DNA from: an uncultured Bacteroides sp.
GTDB lineage: Bacteria; Bacillota; Clostridia; Lachnospirales; Lachnospiraceae
Assembly (NCBI GenBank): GCA_964405715.1
Contig: CAYOOW010000002.1
Location: 23,597-87,596, forward strand
Direction: 5' to 3'
Length of the DNA: 64,000 bases
The notes beneath the pieces are model-generated. The model did not search any database and was not told the origin of the DNA. It saw only the letters and a list, made by a program, of their open reading frames with translations. Positions 63,379 through 64,000 of the stretch are shown here, in pieces. The translations under genes were made by a program, and so were the position numbers. How positions within the stretch are numbered: the stretch's first letter is position 1; every line of letters starts with the position of its first letter.

Positions 63379-64000
63379 ATGGCAAAGGAAATAAAGCAAA
63401 ACGATGGCGGCGCATCAAAGGGCTTAGGGATATTGATTGTTGTTCTGATTGTTATAACATGGCTGTCTGTTATGGCACTGCTGATTAAATGTGATGTGGG
63501 TGGCTTCGGAAGTGAGGTGCTGCGTCCGGTATTTAAGGATGTGCCTGTTATTCGTGCAATTTTGCCGGATGCCTCGGATGAGGAGGTTGCCAAGGAAAGT
63601 GACTATCCCTATGATAATCTGGCCGACGCTCTGGCGCAGATAGAGGTGCTCGATGCTGCAAATGCCAGCAAGGATGCGGAAATCGCTTCCCTGAATGACA
63701 GGATCGCGGAACAGGATGCAGAGATAATAAGACTTTCTGCCAGTCTGGAGGAGCAGGAAGCATTTGAACAGAAAAAAAATGAATTTTATGATGAGATAGT
63801 CTATGGAGAATCGGCTCCGGATGCCGATACATATATAGAATGGTACAATGAACTCGATGCAGAGCATGCCGAGGAGATTTACAGGGAAATCATTTCAGCA
63901 AATCAGGCTGATCAGGAAATCCTTGACCTGGCGGCGGCGTATGAGAGCATGGATGCCAAGGACGCAGCTGAAATTCTTGAAAGCATGAGTACAGACATGG
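63379..64000 (+). CDS. MotE/YlxF (FlbB)-like flagellar protein with MgtE-N-like C-terminal motif, 5-prime partial (runs off the window)
   Basis: ATG 63379 after RBS GGAGG. N-terminal TM (LGILIVVLIVITWLSVMALLI), coiled coil, and ...MDAKDAAEILESMS. The frame is open to the window end; the ORF is not in the track because it has no stop. Confidence 0.8.
   Translation, partial: MAKEIKQNDGGASKGLGILIVVLIVITWLSVMALLIKCDVGGFGSEVLRPVFKDVPVIRAILPDASDEEVAKESDYPYDNLADALAQIEVLDAANASKDAEIASLNDRIAEQDAEIIRLSASLEEQEAFEQKKNEFYDEIVYGESAPDADTYIEWYNELDAEHAEEIYREIISANQADQEILDLAAAYESMDAKDAAEILESMSTDM

Overview
This is a 64-kb chromosomal segment from a mid-GC Firmicute. Gene content and order (type-2 leuCD, dprA-topA-codY-flgB..., ytfI/ytfJ-like sporulation genes, giant BcrAD/HgdB-type activase fusion) suggest a flagellated, spore-forming member of the Clostridia, possibly Lachnospiraceae-like; this is inference only. 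I found no rRNA, tRNA, CRISPR array, transposase or integrase.

Layout:
- 1-14.5 kb: an accessory-looking locus. An OmpR-type response regulator, a HAMP histidine kinase and a membrane protein lie on the minus strand. Diverging from them are two paralogous lipoproteins, one single and one tandem-fused MFP/HlyD-like lipoprotein, a fused double-FtsX (MacB-type) permease and two different ABC ATPases. Copies of a palindromic intergenic repeat family lie at both ends.
- 14.5-17.2 kb: a MarR / zinc-ribbon membrane protein / DUF5685-like / J-domain protein operon of unknown function.
- 17.2-28.5 kb: a LysR regulator, then leuC-leuD-leuB-(small membrane ORF)-ilvD-ilvB-serC-serA-asd.
- 28.6-39 kb: a P-loop kinase-like protein, DUF1015, glgB, an MscS channel, cysK, a His-rich CobW-type GTPase, a CobW-like/DUF1980-like fusion, a Fur-family regulator and an HtrA protease.
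- 39.2-43.4 kb (minus strand): a 1.4-k-aa double activase plus dehydratase-like fusion.
- 43.5-50.8 kb: a LysM protein, a rhomboid-like membrane protein with a zinc ribbon, two unknown proteins, YtfI-like and YtfJ/GerW-like proteins, a DHH phosphoesterase, a small alarmone synthetase and a flavin reductase.
- 51-64 kb: comM/yifB-dprA-topA-codY, followed by the start of the flagellar operon (flgB flgC fliE fliF fliG fliH fliI fliJ and a partial MotE/YlxF-like gene).

The best candidate for an undescribed system is the TCS-linked, fully asymmetric MacB-type ABC machine with three adaptor modules and two orphan lipoproteins (153-14264). The second candidate is the MarR/Zn-ribbon/DUF5685-like/J-protein operon. 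All functional calls rest on motifs read by eye; I ran no database search.
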